Notes under the pieces: model-generated | Databases searched by the model: none | What the model was told of the DNA's origin: nothing | What the model saw: the letters and a program-made list of their open reading frames with translations, nothing else | Translations under genes and position numbers: made by a program | Assembly: GCA_964016885.1 (NCBI GenBank) | Contig: OZ024740.1 | Span: forward strand, 198,896,001-198,960,000 | Reading direction: 5' to 3' | Source of the DNA: Eledone cirrhosa | Taxonomy: Eukaryota | DNA: 64,000 bases | Shown here: positions 15,472 through 29,399 of the stretch, in pieces | Layout of the letters: each line of letters opens with the position of its first letter | How positions within the stretch are numbered: position 1 is the first letter of the stretch

Positions 15472-15710
15472 TATTTATTAAAATATCAGATTAAAGTTTA
15501 AGCAAAGAATCGCTGCTTTCACTCTTAACGGGATCTTCTGAACTCAGTTTGAGAAGATCCCGTTAAGGGTGAAAGCAGCGATGCTTTGCTTACATTTTAA
15601 TCTGATATTTTAATAAATATTTGCTCTATGGTTCTTATATATTTGATATATATTTATCCTTATCGAGCCCCCTTTGGATTTCAGTCTTCAAATGTATTAT
15701 TATTACTATA
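15472..15710 (+). mobile_element. Short fold-back PLE terminal fragment truncated at the hammerhead core
   Basis: Palindrome 15472-15619; ..GAAGA-TCCC-gttaa-GGGT-GAAA-GCAGCGATGC-TT. Confidence 0.65.
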
Positions 15711-15730
15711 TATATAGATATATGTATATA

Positions 15731-15796
<66 letters not shown>

Positions 15797-17346
15797 AGCA
15801 GAAGGGATATACAATATGTTAGTAATTCAACAAATATAAATGTTTATAACTGATTCAAAGAACTCAACAGTTTTCTGGAGTAAATATTCAATGATATTAA
15901 ATAAATGGAAACTATATATATAAAACCATATTTATTCTATTATATATATTTCAAGGGTACCAACAACTTTGGTACGCTTTCATCGTATAAAATACAAAGT
16001 GTGTTTTATAAATGTTGACATAGACAAGGAAGATACATTATCAGTTGAAGTATAGCTTGGATAGTGGATTTATAATTGTTAGGATGAGTATGCTAATGAA
16101 TATGTAAATGAGGTTGCGGAATATGATTGAAAAACCGTTATTTTAGACGCTATGGAGAATTTAGATATATGTTTGTATTATTAGGAGAGAAAGAAAAAAA
16201 AAAGAAGACCACATATTTACGTTGATATGGAGGAAGAAAATATGTGAATATTTACCTATATAATACTTATATGGAGAATTATGTTTGGAAGTATTTATCT
16301 TATTAAAAGATTGTAGTAGGATATATGTATAAATATCTATATATATTAATAATTACATATGTTTAGGTATTAAAGAAATATCGATAATTTACAGTTATTA
16401 GTTGTTTATAATATGACATTAGAAAAATGTATCCTCTTCACGACAGTTTCTTAGATAAACACATCACGTATATCTTCTTTTGATATTTTCTTTTTTTGAT
16501 TTTCAAACATTCACACATCTTTCTACTAAAATAATTAATTAATCTCACACTTCTTTAAATTTATTGATTAACAATCAACATTGGAGTTATCTTTCTTTTC
16601 TCAGTTATCATATACGTAACTCCGATAAATTAGCAATATTATAAAACATTCTCAATGCTGAACACAATATTCAAATCTATAAATTCATAACTTGAACTAC
16701 CTATTTATTTACATAAAACACAAAATCACCTTCCCTCGTAACTCATATTATAAACAACTACCTGATACTGGAACTACCTATTTATTTATTTACATAAAAC
16801 ACAAAATCAACGTCCCTCATAATTCATATTATAAACAACTAATAACAGTAAATTATCGATATCTCTTTAATACCTAAACATATGTAATTATTAATATATA
16901 TAGATATTTATACATATATACTACTACACTATTTTAATAAGAAAAATACTTACAAACATAATTGTCCATATAAGTATTATATAGGTAAATATTCACATTT
17001 TTTTCTTCCCCCATGTCAACGTAAATATGTGGTTTTCTTTTCTCTTCTTTCTCTCCTAATAATACAAACATATATCTAAATTCTCCGTAGCGTCTAAAAT
17101 AACAGATTTTCAATCATATACCTCAACCTCATTTACATATTCATTACTATCCTCATCCTAACAATTTTAAATCGACTATCCAAGAAATACTTCAACTGAT
17201 AAGGTATGTTCCTTGACTATGTCAAAATTTATAAAACACACTTTGTATTTTATCTGATGAAAGCGTACCAAAGTTTTTGCTACCCTTGAAATAAATATAA
17301 TAGAATAAATATGGCTTTATAAATATAGTTTCCATTTCTTTAATAC

Positions 17347-17350
<4 letters not shown>
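15797..17350. mobile_element. PLE family C-related element, fold-back with ~520-bp arms
   Basis: 15893-16416 is an imperfect reverse complement of 16822-17350; internal tandem duplication 16694-16760/16771-16838; unique tail 15797-15890. Confidence 0.8.
17246..17307 (+). ncRNA. Type I hammerhead ribozyme motif (family C); mirror at ~15933-15994 has a mutated core
   Basis: TATTTTAT-CTGATGA-AAG..TACCAAAG..TTTGCTA..CTT-GAAA-TAAATA-TA-ATAGAATA. Confidence 0.75.
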
Positions 17351-17442
<92 letters not shown>

Positions 17443-17517
17443 ATATAAATAAATGGAAGCTATATTTATAAAGAAATATTTATTCTATTATATATATTTC
17501 AAGTGTACCAAAAACTT

Positions 17518-17646
<129 letters not shown>

Positions 17647-17660
17647 ATGTGTATATATAT

Positions 17661-18210
17661 ATTTAAATCAACATATGAAAAATAATTTAAGATTGATGTG
17701 TGAGATTGGGAAAAAGTGAGTGTGGTTGAAAAGGTAAGGAAGAGGAGGCGATGAGAGTAAACAATGGTGGGGGAGGAGTATAAGAAGGAAGAGAGGAGGA
17801 GAGATGGGTGATATATAGAGAGAGATAGCCTTTACAACTGAGAAAAAATATATATTGTCTCACAGAGAGAAGTTAAAAAACCGTTGGAAGATAATAGATA
17901 ATTTAAAAGAATTTGAAATTAAAAGTTTTTTTTCCCAATCTCACACATCAATCTTAAATTATTTTTCATATGTTTATTTAAAACTTCACTATTCACAAGT
18001 GTTTTTTAAACTTCATATCATGTATCCCTATTTTATCTGATGAAAACGCAGATATCATCCCATGATGATATTTGTTTTTGAAATGCGCATAATAAAATAC
18101 TTGGAACTCTTTTAACCATCTTTTGATCTTATATTATTTATACTCCAGTCCGACAAACTGTAGAGTGCTACTTATCCGATATTTGCATTGCTACAATAAA
18201 ACACACCTCC
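17661..18210 (+). mobile_element. PLE terminal fragment with short inverted arm
   Basis: 17661-17715 is the reverse complement of 17928-17982; followed by a hammerhead and a tail ending at a CA/TA tract. Confidence 0.7.
18029..18099 (+). ncRNA. Type I hammerhead ribozyme motif, best preserved in the window
   Basis: TATTTTAT-CTGATGA-AAAcGCAGATATCATC-ccat-GATGATATTTGTtTTT-GAAA-TGCGCA-TA-ATAAAATA; 8-bp perfect stem I and palindromic stem III. Confidence 0.88.
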
Positions 18211-18211
18211 T

Positions 18212-18274
<63 letters not shown>

Positions 18275-18276
<2 letters not shown>

Positions 18277-18549
18277 GGAGAGGCACAAAAGAAAGAAATG
18301 TATCCCCTAGTCACTGAAGAGGTCACATAAAGTGTGACGAAATATCTTTGACAATATATGAACAACCGTCCGGTTATGGAACCAACCAACCAACCAACCG
18401 GAAATTTATAAATTTAATTTATAATAAATTGGAGTGAAAGAAATGGGTGCGTGTGTTTCTTATTGGCAACATGACCCTCCCAAAGTATGACAATATCGGT
18501 TTCAACACACGTTTTCAGATAAAGAATATTTCTAAAATTCAGAAACGAA
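18275..18549 (+). mobile_element. PLE family A terminal fragment with hammerhead at 18310-18352
   Basis: GTCA-CTGAAGA-G-GTCACAT-aaa-GTGTGAC-GAAA-TATC-TT-TGAC, then the family A tail. Confidence 0.8.
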
Positions 18550-18552
18550 ATA

Positions 18553-18596
<44 letters not shown>

Positions 18597-18671
18597 GCAT
18601 ATATATATATATATATATAAATTAATAAAATAATGAATAAACAAAGAAACAGTTCCTTATATTAAAAAGAT

Positions 18672-18813
18672 TCATCATTTTACGATCGTTTCTAGGATAT
18701 ATATGTGTTAGAGTTGGTATGCATATTCTATAGATCTATGTACAATATTTATACAAACTATCAGAGGGAATATACATACCTACACATATATATGCTGTCT
18801 TCAGAAATAATGA
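18672..18813 (-). ncRNA. Long-stem-II hammerhead motif (mirror of 21861-22002)
   Basis: Reverse-complement copy with a GTA rather than GTT cleavage triplet. Confidence 0.65.
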
Positions 18814-19517
18814 TATTTGTTTATTGAAAAAAACAAAGATTCAATACAATTGGTCTGTTTGGGAACAGGTTTTGAATTGACCAATAGAGAGATAGTGAGG
18901 GTCAAGATAGTAATATAGTAGGAGAAGAACCTTAAATTATGGGTAGAGGAAGGTAGATTTCAGTTTTGGATGAAAAAGAATATTATGAATGAAGGATGAT
19001 TTTAGGGAAGAATTAGGTCTTATGCTGACCTCAGAAATAATTTGTTTGTTCATTGAATAAAACCAACAAAGATCTAATATATTCTGTCTGTTTGGTAAGA
19101 GGTTTAGAATTAACCAATAGAAAGTTAATAATTGGCCAAATAGTAAAATAGTAGTAATTGAAGCTTATTTTAGGGGTGAAAATAGGTCAGGTGGTCAGTA
19201 AAAGGTATACAAGCAGTTGCTGTTATAAAATAGTAATGACAATACTAATATCTAAGGTGACTAAAGTTTTACGATAAGAATGTTAGTGAAAAATATACAT
19301 CTATGAAAAGAATATAACTTAATTTAATTGATGGGTATATTTATATTGATAAAATTATACTAATACATATAGATATGATAAATAAGAGTTAGATGCAGTT
19401 GAAAAGTGCTGTTACAGTTGAGGGGAAATTAAAAGAATATAAAAATAATAAATATATATATACACTTATATACATATATATATATATACATATATATACA
19501 CATAGACACACACATAT

Positions 19518-19550
<33 letters not shown>

Positions 19551-20336
19551 CATATACTAACATATATATATATATACATATATATACATATACATGCATA
19601 TATACATGCATACATATATATACATACACACATACATACTTACACATATATATAAGTATTGGGGGGGGGGATTAAATTTATTAGTGAGAAATAATAAATA
19701 TATATATTTTTCAAGGAACATAGAGTCATAAACTGAAGTTAAATCATTATATATGTTTACTTAATGGTATCAGTTTTAGGAAATGATAGTTGTAAGAAGG
19801 AAAGCAAAATTATATAGTTCATCAGTAGTAGAATATTAATTATAGGTTAACTAAATTAAAAATAATTTATATATTAATTTCTAAAGTGTATATTAATTAG
19901 GTTTATAATATTTAAAGCAGAATTATGTAGTTCATCAATAGTAGAATATTAATTATAGGTTAACTAAATTAAAAATAGTTTATATATTAATTTGTAAAGT
20001 GTATATTAATTAGGTTTATAGTATTTAAAGGTTTTTCTCAGTTTATGATTACACGATATTATTAATTCCTGTCGCTTATTTAATAGGATATCCTATAAAA
20101 ACAATAAACAACATCGAAACCGTAATAGACGAGTTACTTGGTACAATGCTCCATTTAATTTACAAATTAAGGATAATATACCTAAAAAATTCTTTAATAT
20201 CCTAGAGAAAAACTTCCCGCCAAACCACAAATACCATCAAATCTTAAATAGATCAACGGTTAAATTCTCCTACTCAACAACCAATAACATAAAACAAAAT
20301 ATAAGTGCCTATAATGCATATAAATGTAAAAAAACC

Positions 20337-20828
20337 ATGAGTATACCACCAGTACATCAAACTAACCATAATATCTCCTCAGATACAGGATTCACGAAAA
20401 GTTGTAACTATAGAAACAGGGCAAACTGTCCATTAAAAGGAAATTGCCTTGTTAATAACATAGTATATAAATGTAAAGTTAACACTAAGGACTCAATTTA
20501 TTCATATATAGGAGCTACCTCTAACAAATTTAAGGTAACATTTAATACCCACAAACATAGTTTTAAAAATGCCGCACTAGCTAATACAACATCTCTAGCT
20601 GAAATAATTAATAGTTATAGAAAGAGGAATATAGATTATGACCTGACCTGCAGTGTGCTCAAAAGGGTCACCCCTTATCAAAATAGTAGATATGAATGTA
20701 GATTATGTTCCCAAGAACTTTTTGAAATAATGAAATCTAAGGATATCCTATTAAATAAGCGACAGGAATTAATAATATCGTGTAATCATAAACTGAGAAA
20801 AACCTTTAAATACTATAAACCTAATTAA
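20337..20828 (+). pseudogene. GIY-YIG endonuclease domain of a 5'-truncated PLE
   Basis: CNYRNRANCPLKGNCLVNNIVYKC..SYIGAT..FK..HKHSF..CRLCSQE..LLNKRQELIISCNH; upstream RT is absent. Confidence 0.85.
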
Positions 20829-21860
20829 TATACACTTTAGAAATTAATATATAAACTATTTTTAATTTAGTTAACCTATAATTAATATTCTACTACTGAT
20901 GAACTACATAATTTTGCTTTCCTTCTTACAACTATCATTTCCTAAAACTGATACCATTAAGTAAACATATATAATGCTTTAACTTCAGGTTATGACTCTA
21001 TGTTCCTTGAAAACCCCCCAATAATTATATGTATGTGTAAGTATGTATGTGTGTATGTATATATATGTATGTATGTATGTATATATGCATGTATATGTAT
21101 ATGTATGTATATATATATATATATGTGTGTATATATATATATATATGTGTGTGTGTATATGTGTGTGTTTATGTGTATATATATGTATATATATATATGT
21201 ATATAAGTATATATATATATTTATTATTTTTACATTCTTTTAATTTCCCCTCATCTTTAACAGCACTTTTCAACTGCATCTAAATCTTATTTATCATATC
21301 TATATGTATTAGTATAATTTTATCAATATAAATATACCCATCAATTAAATTAAGTTATATTCTTTTCATAGATGTATATTTTTCACTAACATTCTTATCG
21401 TAAAACTTTAGTCACCTTAGATATTAGTATTGGCATTACTATTTTATAACAGCAACTGCTTGTATACATTTTACTGACCACCTGACCTATTTTCACCCCT
21501 AAAATAAGCTTCAATTACTACTATTTTACCATTTGGCCAATTATTAACTTTCTATTGGTTAATTCTAAACCTCTTACCAAACAGACAGAATATATTAGAT
21601 CTTTGTTGGTTTTATTCAATGAACAAATAAAATTATTTCTGAGGTCAGCATAAGACCTAATTCTTCCCTAAAATCATCCTTCATTCATAATATTCTTTTC
21701 CATCCAAAACTGAAATCTACCTTCCTCTACCCATAATTTAAGGTTCTTCTCCTACTATATTACTATCTTGACCCTCACTATCTCTCTATTGGTCAATTCA
21801 AAACCTGTTCCCAAACAGACCTATTGTATTGAATCTTTGTTTTTTTTCAATAAACAAATA

Positions 21861-22002
21861 TCATTATTTCTGAAGACAGCATATATATGTGTAGGTATGT
21901 ATATTCCCTCTGATAGTTTGTATAAATATTGTACATAGATCTATAGAATATGCATACCAACTCTAACACATATATATCCTAGAAACGATCGTTAAATGAT
22001 GA
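21861..22002 (+). ncRNA. Type I hammerhead motif with ~110-nt stem II
   Basis: TCATTATTT-CTGAAGA-[long hairpin]-GAAA-CGATCG-TT-AAATGATGA. Confidence 0.68.
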
Positions 22003-22188
22003 ATTTTTTTAATATAAGGAACTGTTTCTTTGTTTATTCATTATTTTATTAATTTATCTTGACTCTGTTTTCCGTTTATTTTTCACCGAAAGTAGTTTTT
22101 GAATGCATCTCCTCTTTTCATGATATCCGGATTACATTGAGTTCTTCATACGGATTGGACACTACTGTAAACTTTTGGTAGATTTATC

Positions 22189-22239
<51 letters not shown>

Positions 22240-22484
22240 AGAATATTTTTGAAACAGCGAGTGGATTTGAAATTTTTAGAAATGTAAGCTATCGCCGTAT
22301 TTTGACTAAAGAAATTAAAGAAATTATTTAGCCTGATATTCGGGTTAAGAACCCTCACAGAAATGGAAAAAGATGAGTATTGAAGTACATGCACGTCAAT
22401 ATTAATCTTTTTTCATTTCCCCGAGGGTACTTGACCCCACTATCAGGCTAAATAATTTCTTTAATTTCTTTAGTCAAAATACGG

Positions 22485-22716
<232 letters not shown>

Positions 22717-23292
22717 TGCGGTGAATGTGAGTGAGAATATGAGCATAGAGAATATATATACACTGCGTTCGCATGTATACATCGCTCTATAGAATATAAC
22801 ATTGTAGAGCTATTAATGATTTATAAGTGATTTCTGCTTATTATTTTACAACTGCACATCACACAATATTGAATTAGAAAATAAATGCAATTTAGAGTTC
22901 GAACATAATTGTTTCGTTCATTATTAATTAGCGTTCATAATTAAAATGTTCTTAATATCTTAATATCTTAATTTCTTGTTGTCTGTCTTATGTGATAGAT
23001 GGGGTTGTGGCAGTATGAGGCCGTATTATATCAATCTAGTCATGTCAAAAGCAATCAGTAGAGAGAGAATACAAATATAGCAATAGAATTATGACGAATG
23101 GACCATTTAATGTAAGCTCTTAATCCCTTTTCTTCCCGGACACGAAATCTGTAGTTCACACAAACAACGTCTTACACAATAACTGTATCTATCACAACCT
23201 TTCTATCTATAGGGTGGCCCTAAAGTAACATACGGGCTTTAGTTTTTATTAACTTCCTGAATTGTACAGTTGGTTTATATATATATACATAT

Positions 23293-23341
<49 letters not shown>

Positions 23342-23496
23342 CGTATATACATATATATGTATATATATACAAACGTATATGTATATTCATACATATACAT
23401 ACACACAAACATATACATATTCTACATACATATATATATATGTGCGTGTGTTTGTGTGAGTGTGTGCGCATGCTAGCACGCGTGCCTGTGAGCACG

Positions 23497-23536
<40 letters not shown>

Positions 23537-23619
23537 CTCATAAAAAGTATGTGCCTGTTGTGTGCCTGTGTTTGTATAAGTGATGATCTCTGCGTGTGCT
23601 CAACATTCTGACTTTAGTT

Positions 23620-23661
<42 letters not shown>

Positions 23662-23992
23662 GCATTTAAATTAATGAACTTAATATGAGACATAGTCTAA
23701 TTAGTATAATTTTAATTACCATGTGAAAAACTGCAATTACACTAATTATCTAATCCGCGTAATTTAGTGAGAGGCCTTAGGTGTAATCTGTACCTCATTG
23801 GGTGTATGGGAAATAAACGTTTATATTAAATGGAAAAACATTTCCAGGGAAGGGAATACACCGTTCGGCTAATTATACACATAAATAGAAACATGCGTAC
23901 ACAAACACACACCAACTCACCCAGACACAAACGCCACTGCCCGTACACACACTCGTTGCACAGCCAGACATATCTATATATGAATATATAAG

Positions 23993-24056
<64 letters not shown>

Positions 24057-24169
24057 AAGAGTGTGCCGTGCTGAGACCTGAGATCACTAATATGTGTGTG
24101 TATGTGTGTGTGTATACGTATGTGTGTGTGTATATACGAATATATACATACATATAATATATATATATA

Positions 24170-24366
24170 ACGAAGAAATTGTGGTAAGGAACCAGATGGA
24201 CCATAAGGCACCAGAGTTCTCAGTACTTAGGGTAGTAGAGTGGGTAATAGGAAAAGGAAAAAGTTTGACCCCGACAGCAGAGCTCAAGCCGTTTCGACGG
24301 CTATTCTGAACTGAAATAGCCGTCGAAACTGCTTGAGCTCTGCCGTTCGGGTCATACTTTTTCCTA
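24170..24366 (-). mobile_element. Short fold-back PLE terminal fragment (family H)
   Basis: Palindrome 24248-24366 plus tail; homologous to 8564-8753. Confidence 0.75.
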
Positions 24367-24393
24367 TATATATATAGATATATATATATATAT

Positions 24394-25764
24394 TGTTATA
24401 CTGTGGGAGGGTCATGTTGCCAATAAGAAATACACGCACCACCGCTTTCACTTCAATTTATTATAATAAGTTTATAAATTTAGGAATTTATAAATTTCCG
24501 GTTGGTTGGTTGGTTCCACAACCAGATGGTTGTTTATATATTGTCAAAGGTCTTTCGTCACACATTCTTTGACCTCCTCAGTGACTGGGGATTCTTTTCT
24601 TTATTTTTTGTGCCTGTCCTTTGTTCTGTCCTACGCCATCTTGTTTTTGTGTGCGTGTTGTGTGCTTAGTTTGCGCATGTGTTACATCCCAGTGTCTGTG
24701 TGTGTTTATATTTGTTTATTTATTTGTTTATTTACATATTACTGGTTGGTTGTTTGTTCTATGTGCGTGTGTGTTTTCATTTTGTCCTTAATTGTAAGTT
24801 GTGATGTTGCTGTTCCACTCATATTTTCTATTTAATTTTGGTTGTAATTCATTTATGTTTATTGCCTCTGTGATTTGTCTAAAGATTGCGTCTTTTCTGT
24901 GTGTAGATTCTATTTTTATTTCTATGTTCTCTAATTTACGCCTATGTTCTATTTTAGCATGTTGGTAGAGTACAGATGATTCTTTACTATCTTGAAGGTC
25001 TCACCAGTGTTCATTTATCTGTTCCCCTATACTACGAGCTGTCTCACCTATGTACACTATATTTTTTATCTCTACATTGTCCTTCAGTACATCTTATGCT
25101 ATATACATTTCTAGTTTTACAGTTAATATGGCGGCTTAATTTACAGATTATACATTTCTTATCTATACAGGGAGTTCTTTGAAAAGAGTATGTCTTGCTA
25201 ATAAGTGTTTTTATGGAGGTACCTGGTCTTTCTACTATCTTAATATTGAGTTTATGTTTATCCTTCTAAATTTGTTAGCTAATTCACCTCTAGGGGTTGT
25301 ATCGATGAACATTACAGTCTGGTATTTATTGCTATCATACCATGAGTTTATTCTATTAGCCTTGTTCCTAGTTCTTTCTATTCTATTCCAAAATTTACTC
25401 CTATACAAGGGGTATATCCCATTTCTGTCATTATTTACCATTTTTTCCCCATTTGGTTCTGGCTCCTCTATACACTGATTTTATCTCTTTGATTGTAACC
25501 AGAGAACTGCATACGGTGGATGAAGTGTTGTATGTGTCTCTCTAATTCTTCGGGGTTGCACATGCGGGACACGTTTCTCATCACCCGTACAAAATCCGCA
25601 ATCAGTATGTTGATTTTGGTATGGTCCGAAACAGCTGAGTTTTGGTGGATCAGATATTTGGAAGTCATGGGTTTGGCATAATGGGAATGGAGGATTTGTT
25701 TTTTGTTATTAATGGTATCTAACCAGAGATCTGTGTATAGTACAGGTAATCGATGGTTGGGGTT
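24394..25764 (-). mobile_element. PLE family A 3' fragment with hammerhead at 24543-24585
   Basis: NPNHRLPVLYTDLW..HYAKPMTSKY..FSGY (ORFs 25468-25668 and 25235-25441), then GIY-YIG, 3' region and GTCA-CTGAGGA-GGTCA..TGAC-GAAA-GACC-TT-TGAC. Confidence 0.87.
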
Positions 25765-28625
25765 ACCCCAATGTAGTATTCTTTACATTGTGTGCAGGTT
25801 GCACAGTAAATTAAGTTTTTCGTTTTGTGATTTCATGTTTGCATTAACATTGAAAATCTGATTGGTTTTAAAGGAGATTTGCCCATCCTTTTCAATGTAT
25901 TCAAACGTTCCGCATTGAGGGTCCCCACATTTGTTAACTTGCATTGTTTCAATATCAGATGTAAATTTTGCCTTGGTAAGCAATTTTGTTTAGGTTGGGT
26001 ACTATATATTATGTGTGACTCTTTTTTGAGTGTATTCATTTTGGGGGACTGTTAGAGAATCGGGAAATATTGTTTAGCGGCATTCACAAAGTTGAAGTTC
26101 CTTGGATTGTGAGTGGTGACAAAATGGAGAACTGTGATTTCCTTTTTATTTTGTTGGTTGTTTGTTTTTTCTCAGTGTCGTTACTGGAAGGTTCTGGGCC
26201 TTGGAGATGGCCGTGTTGATGAGGTTCTCTGGATATTATTGTCTTCTAAGGAACTCCTTTAGTTCATATAATATTTTTTTCTTTTAGTTCGAGGTGCAGA
26301 TACAATGGTGCAGATACGTCTTGCCATGTTAAAGGGAATATTACATTTGGTATGTGAGGAGTGTACTAATCGGAAATTCAAGTATCGGTGTGTGTCTGTT
26401 GGTTTGTAAAGTAGATCTGTTTTGATATTTTCACCTTCTTTAATGATAATTGTTTCTACTTTTTGGCACAAGGCCAGCAATTATCCCAGTGCATTACTAC
26501 TACTTTATTTTATCGATCCCGTAAGGATGAAATGCAAAGTTGACCTCGGCGGGATTTGAACTTAGACCATAAAGGGCCATAACTCATTGATGCAAAGCTT
26601 GGCGTCAGACCCTCTACCAATACTGCCAATCCCCTTCTTTAATGATGATATCCAGAAACGTTAGTTCCTTATTATTACATTCCATGGTAAATGTTATTGC
26701 TTCGTGAAGACTGTTTATGATAGAATAGAATCTTTGCAGGTGTTTTTGGCTTCTATTCCAGAAGATGAAGCAGTCGTCTAGGTAACGTTTTCAATTATGA
26801 TCAATGCAGGTGGCGAAGTCGTGCCTGGATATGTTCTGCTGCTGGCAATATAGTTTTGAGTCTAGGTGACCCATAACGAGAGTTGCATATGTTGGGGTCA
26901 CTTTGGTGCCCATGGCCGTTCCTTTTATTTGTAAATACAGTTCCTTAACAAAGAGGAAGTGGTTGTTCTCCAATACTAATTTGAGTCCAATTTAAACTTC
27001 TTGGGGAATTTCTCTGAAATGTAGTCTGAGTGTTTTGTAATCCAGGAGTCAACAGCTTCAACTCCTAAGTCGTGTGGGATGTTAGTATATAAGCTTGTTA
27101 CACCAAAGCTGACTAAATTTGTTTCTTGGTGAACTTTTTGGGGGATATAGTTCAGGAATTCCATATCATCTCTGATGAAGCTTGGCACTTTTTTACATAA
27201 GGGTTTCAGTAGGATGTCTAATAGGTTGATTAGACGTTGTTTGCTTGAGGCTGGACCAGCAACATTTAGGTGTAATTTTAAATCTGTAGGTTTTGGTACT
27301 TCAACATATGATGTATTTTTGCCTTTTATGTTGTTTTGGATTTCTCTGGTTTTGTGAACTTTCGGCAATCCATAGAAATTGCATGTTTTCATTTCGAAGT
27401 TGGTTAAGTAATTGATTTCCTTTAGCGGGAGGTTATTTTTGTACTTGAATCATCGATTTTCTTTATTCGCATTTGCTGATTTTCCTGTAAAAGCCCTCGT
27501 CATTCCATTGTTCTCGCACCATATCCTTGTAGTGGTTTTTTGTCCATGATTATGATTGCTTCACGTTTGTCAGCTTCTTTTATGATTATTGAGGAGACTT
27601 TTTGTAATTTGTTTAGTGCTAGCAGTTGGTCTGTAGGAATGTTGCGTCTCTGCTATATTTGGCTGTGGCGTAGGAAGGTTATTTAACGGGGGTTTGGAGT
27701 TCTTTTTGTTTTTCACTATTGATTCCTCCTCGTATTCTATAACCAGGAAGAATTCTCCTTAGACGTAATTTTTTGACAAAAGTCTTCTGTATCTTTTATA
27801 AGGTTGGCTTGATCTGCTTTCGGATTGAGTGTGAACTTCAGTCCATTTTCTAGCAGTTTTGTTTCCTGTTGTGTTAGTTTCTTGGCCAATATGTTGATTA
27901 TTTTTGGTACCTTTGGGTTTTTTGCGTCGAATGACACTAGGTAGTGCTTTCTTTTGTCTCCATTTGGTGCGAAGCACCTTGTCCTAAAAAATAATTCCTA
28001 TTTGAGATAGGAGGTTTCTGTTGTGGTGAAATATCCTGTTCGCTGGCATTTCAGGTTGATCATTTTCTGAACGGCAGGATCTTGTTTGGTGGTTGATATA
28101 TGGGGATCTGGTTCTTCTGCTATTCAGTTCGGTCTTTTATATCTTTGATTTTTGCCGCTGGCAATTGTTCAGTAGTTGTATGTGGTTCTGGTGTCTGGTA
28201 TTTGGTCAGTGTATAATTGTGTGTTTCGGATTCTCCGATCTCTGGTTGATGTTTGCTTATTGCGGGAGAATTCTTCTTACTTGTATTTTGGAATATTCCC
28301 GAATTCGAGGGTTTCTTATGGGTTTGTTTACTGGTTTTTAATTGGTCTTTCCCATAGTTATTTTCCTATTCTTTTAGCCATTGTTTTCCTGACTCCAAGA
28401 TGGTCTTTGAAGTTAATTCCTCTCTGGTTGTATTGGTCTCCAATAGGTCAAATAGTCTTTCACGTAAATTGCCTCTGCTCCTTTTGTTTCTTTCTTCTCG
28501 AAGTATAGTGAATTCCGTCTCAAGTTTTTGGAGTGCTAAGTTTAGTCTTATGTTGGTTTCTTCATTCGGTTCCGATGTTATCTTTTTAATTCGTAATTTT
28601 CTCGGTAGGATGACTTGTTGCTTAC
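25765..28625 (-). mobile_element. Degenerate long PLE (Neptune-like) RT, truncated within GIY-YIG
   Basis: LLENGLKFT; FYGLPKVHK; VTSLYTNIPH; YLQIKGTAMG; KRYLDDCFIFW (26759-26791); FLDIII..YKPTDTHRYL; CGDPQCG linker; LIYCATCTQCKEYYIG. Confidence 0.88.
26448..26632 (-). mobile_element. tRNA-derived SINE (octopus type) inserted in the PLE RT
   Basis: A box tggcagtattgg, B box gttcaaatcc, body ctttgcatttcatccttacgggatcgataaaat; 14-bp TSD ccttctttaatgat at 26434-26447 and 26633-26646. Confidence 0.88.
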
Positions 28626-28679
28626 TTCGCCATATCACGTATACACACACACACACTCATATGTATATATGTATGTACA

Positions 28680-28758
<79 letters not shown>

Positions 28759-28820
28759 TATGAGGAAGCCCTGATATATATATAGGCAAAATAATTAATG
28801 AAAAATATGTGCGGCAACGC

Positions 28821-28858
<38 letters not shown>

Positions 28859-28869
28859 TTGTGTGTATG

Positions 28870-28906
<37 letters not shown>

Positions 28907-29267
28907 TTGAACTCTCTATACGCTTGCATATGTACCGCTAATGTCCTCGTGTTGTGAGTAACTTTCTGCCTTAATTCCTATATAATTGTTATATTATTCT
29001 TTTGTAATCTTTGTCGCATCCACTGATACTGACCTCAACATCTCCACTCTGAAAATATGACACTGTTGTTGACAACTGTAATATCTATGTACCTTTACGA
29101 TTGTTCTGTAGAATAGGACGTTAATTATATGTCTAAACTTTGCTAGTGCTCCGATGAGTTCAAGCGATAGTTTGGAAGAAACGATTGTCAGCAATAAAAG
29201 GTTTTGAACATAGTTTTGATTATTCTGTAATTTATATATTTATATATATATATATATATATTTAAAA

Positions 29268-29325
<58 letters not shown>

Positions 29326-29337
29326 TGTATATATATA

Positions 29338-29396
<59 letters not shown>

Positions 29397-29399
29397 ATA

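Larger units (their letters stand above)
18619..22189 (+). mobile_element. PLE (Nematis-like GIY-YIG) 3' fragment with ~1.3-1.5-kb inverted arms
   Basis: 18619-20094 is the reverse complement of 20740-22055; the central part encodes RNRRVTWYNAPFN and the GIY-YIG ORF; unique tail 22056-22189. Confidence 0.9.
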
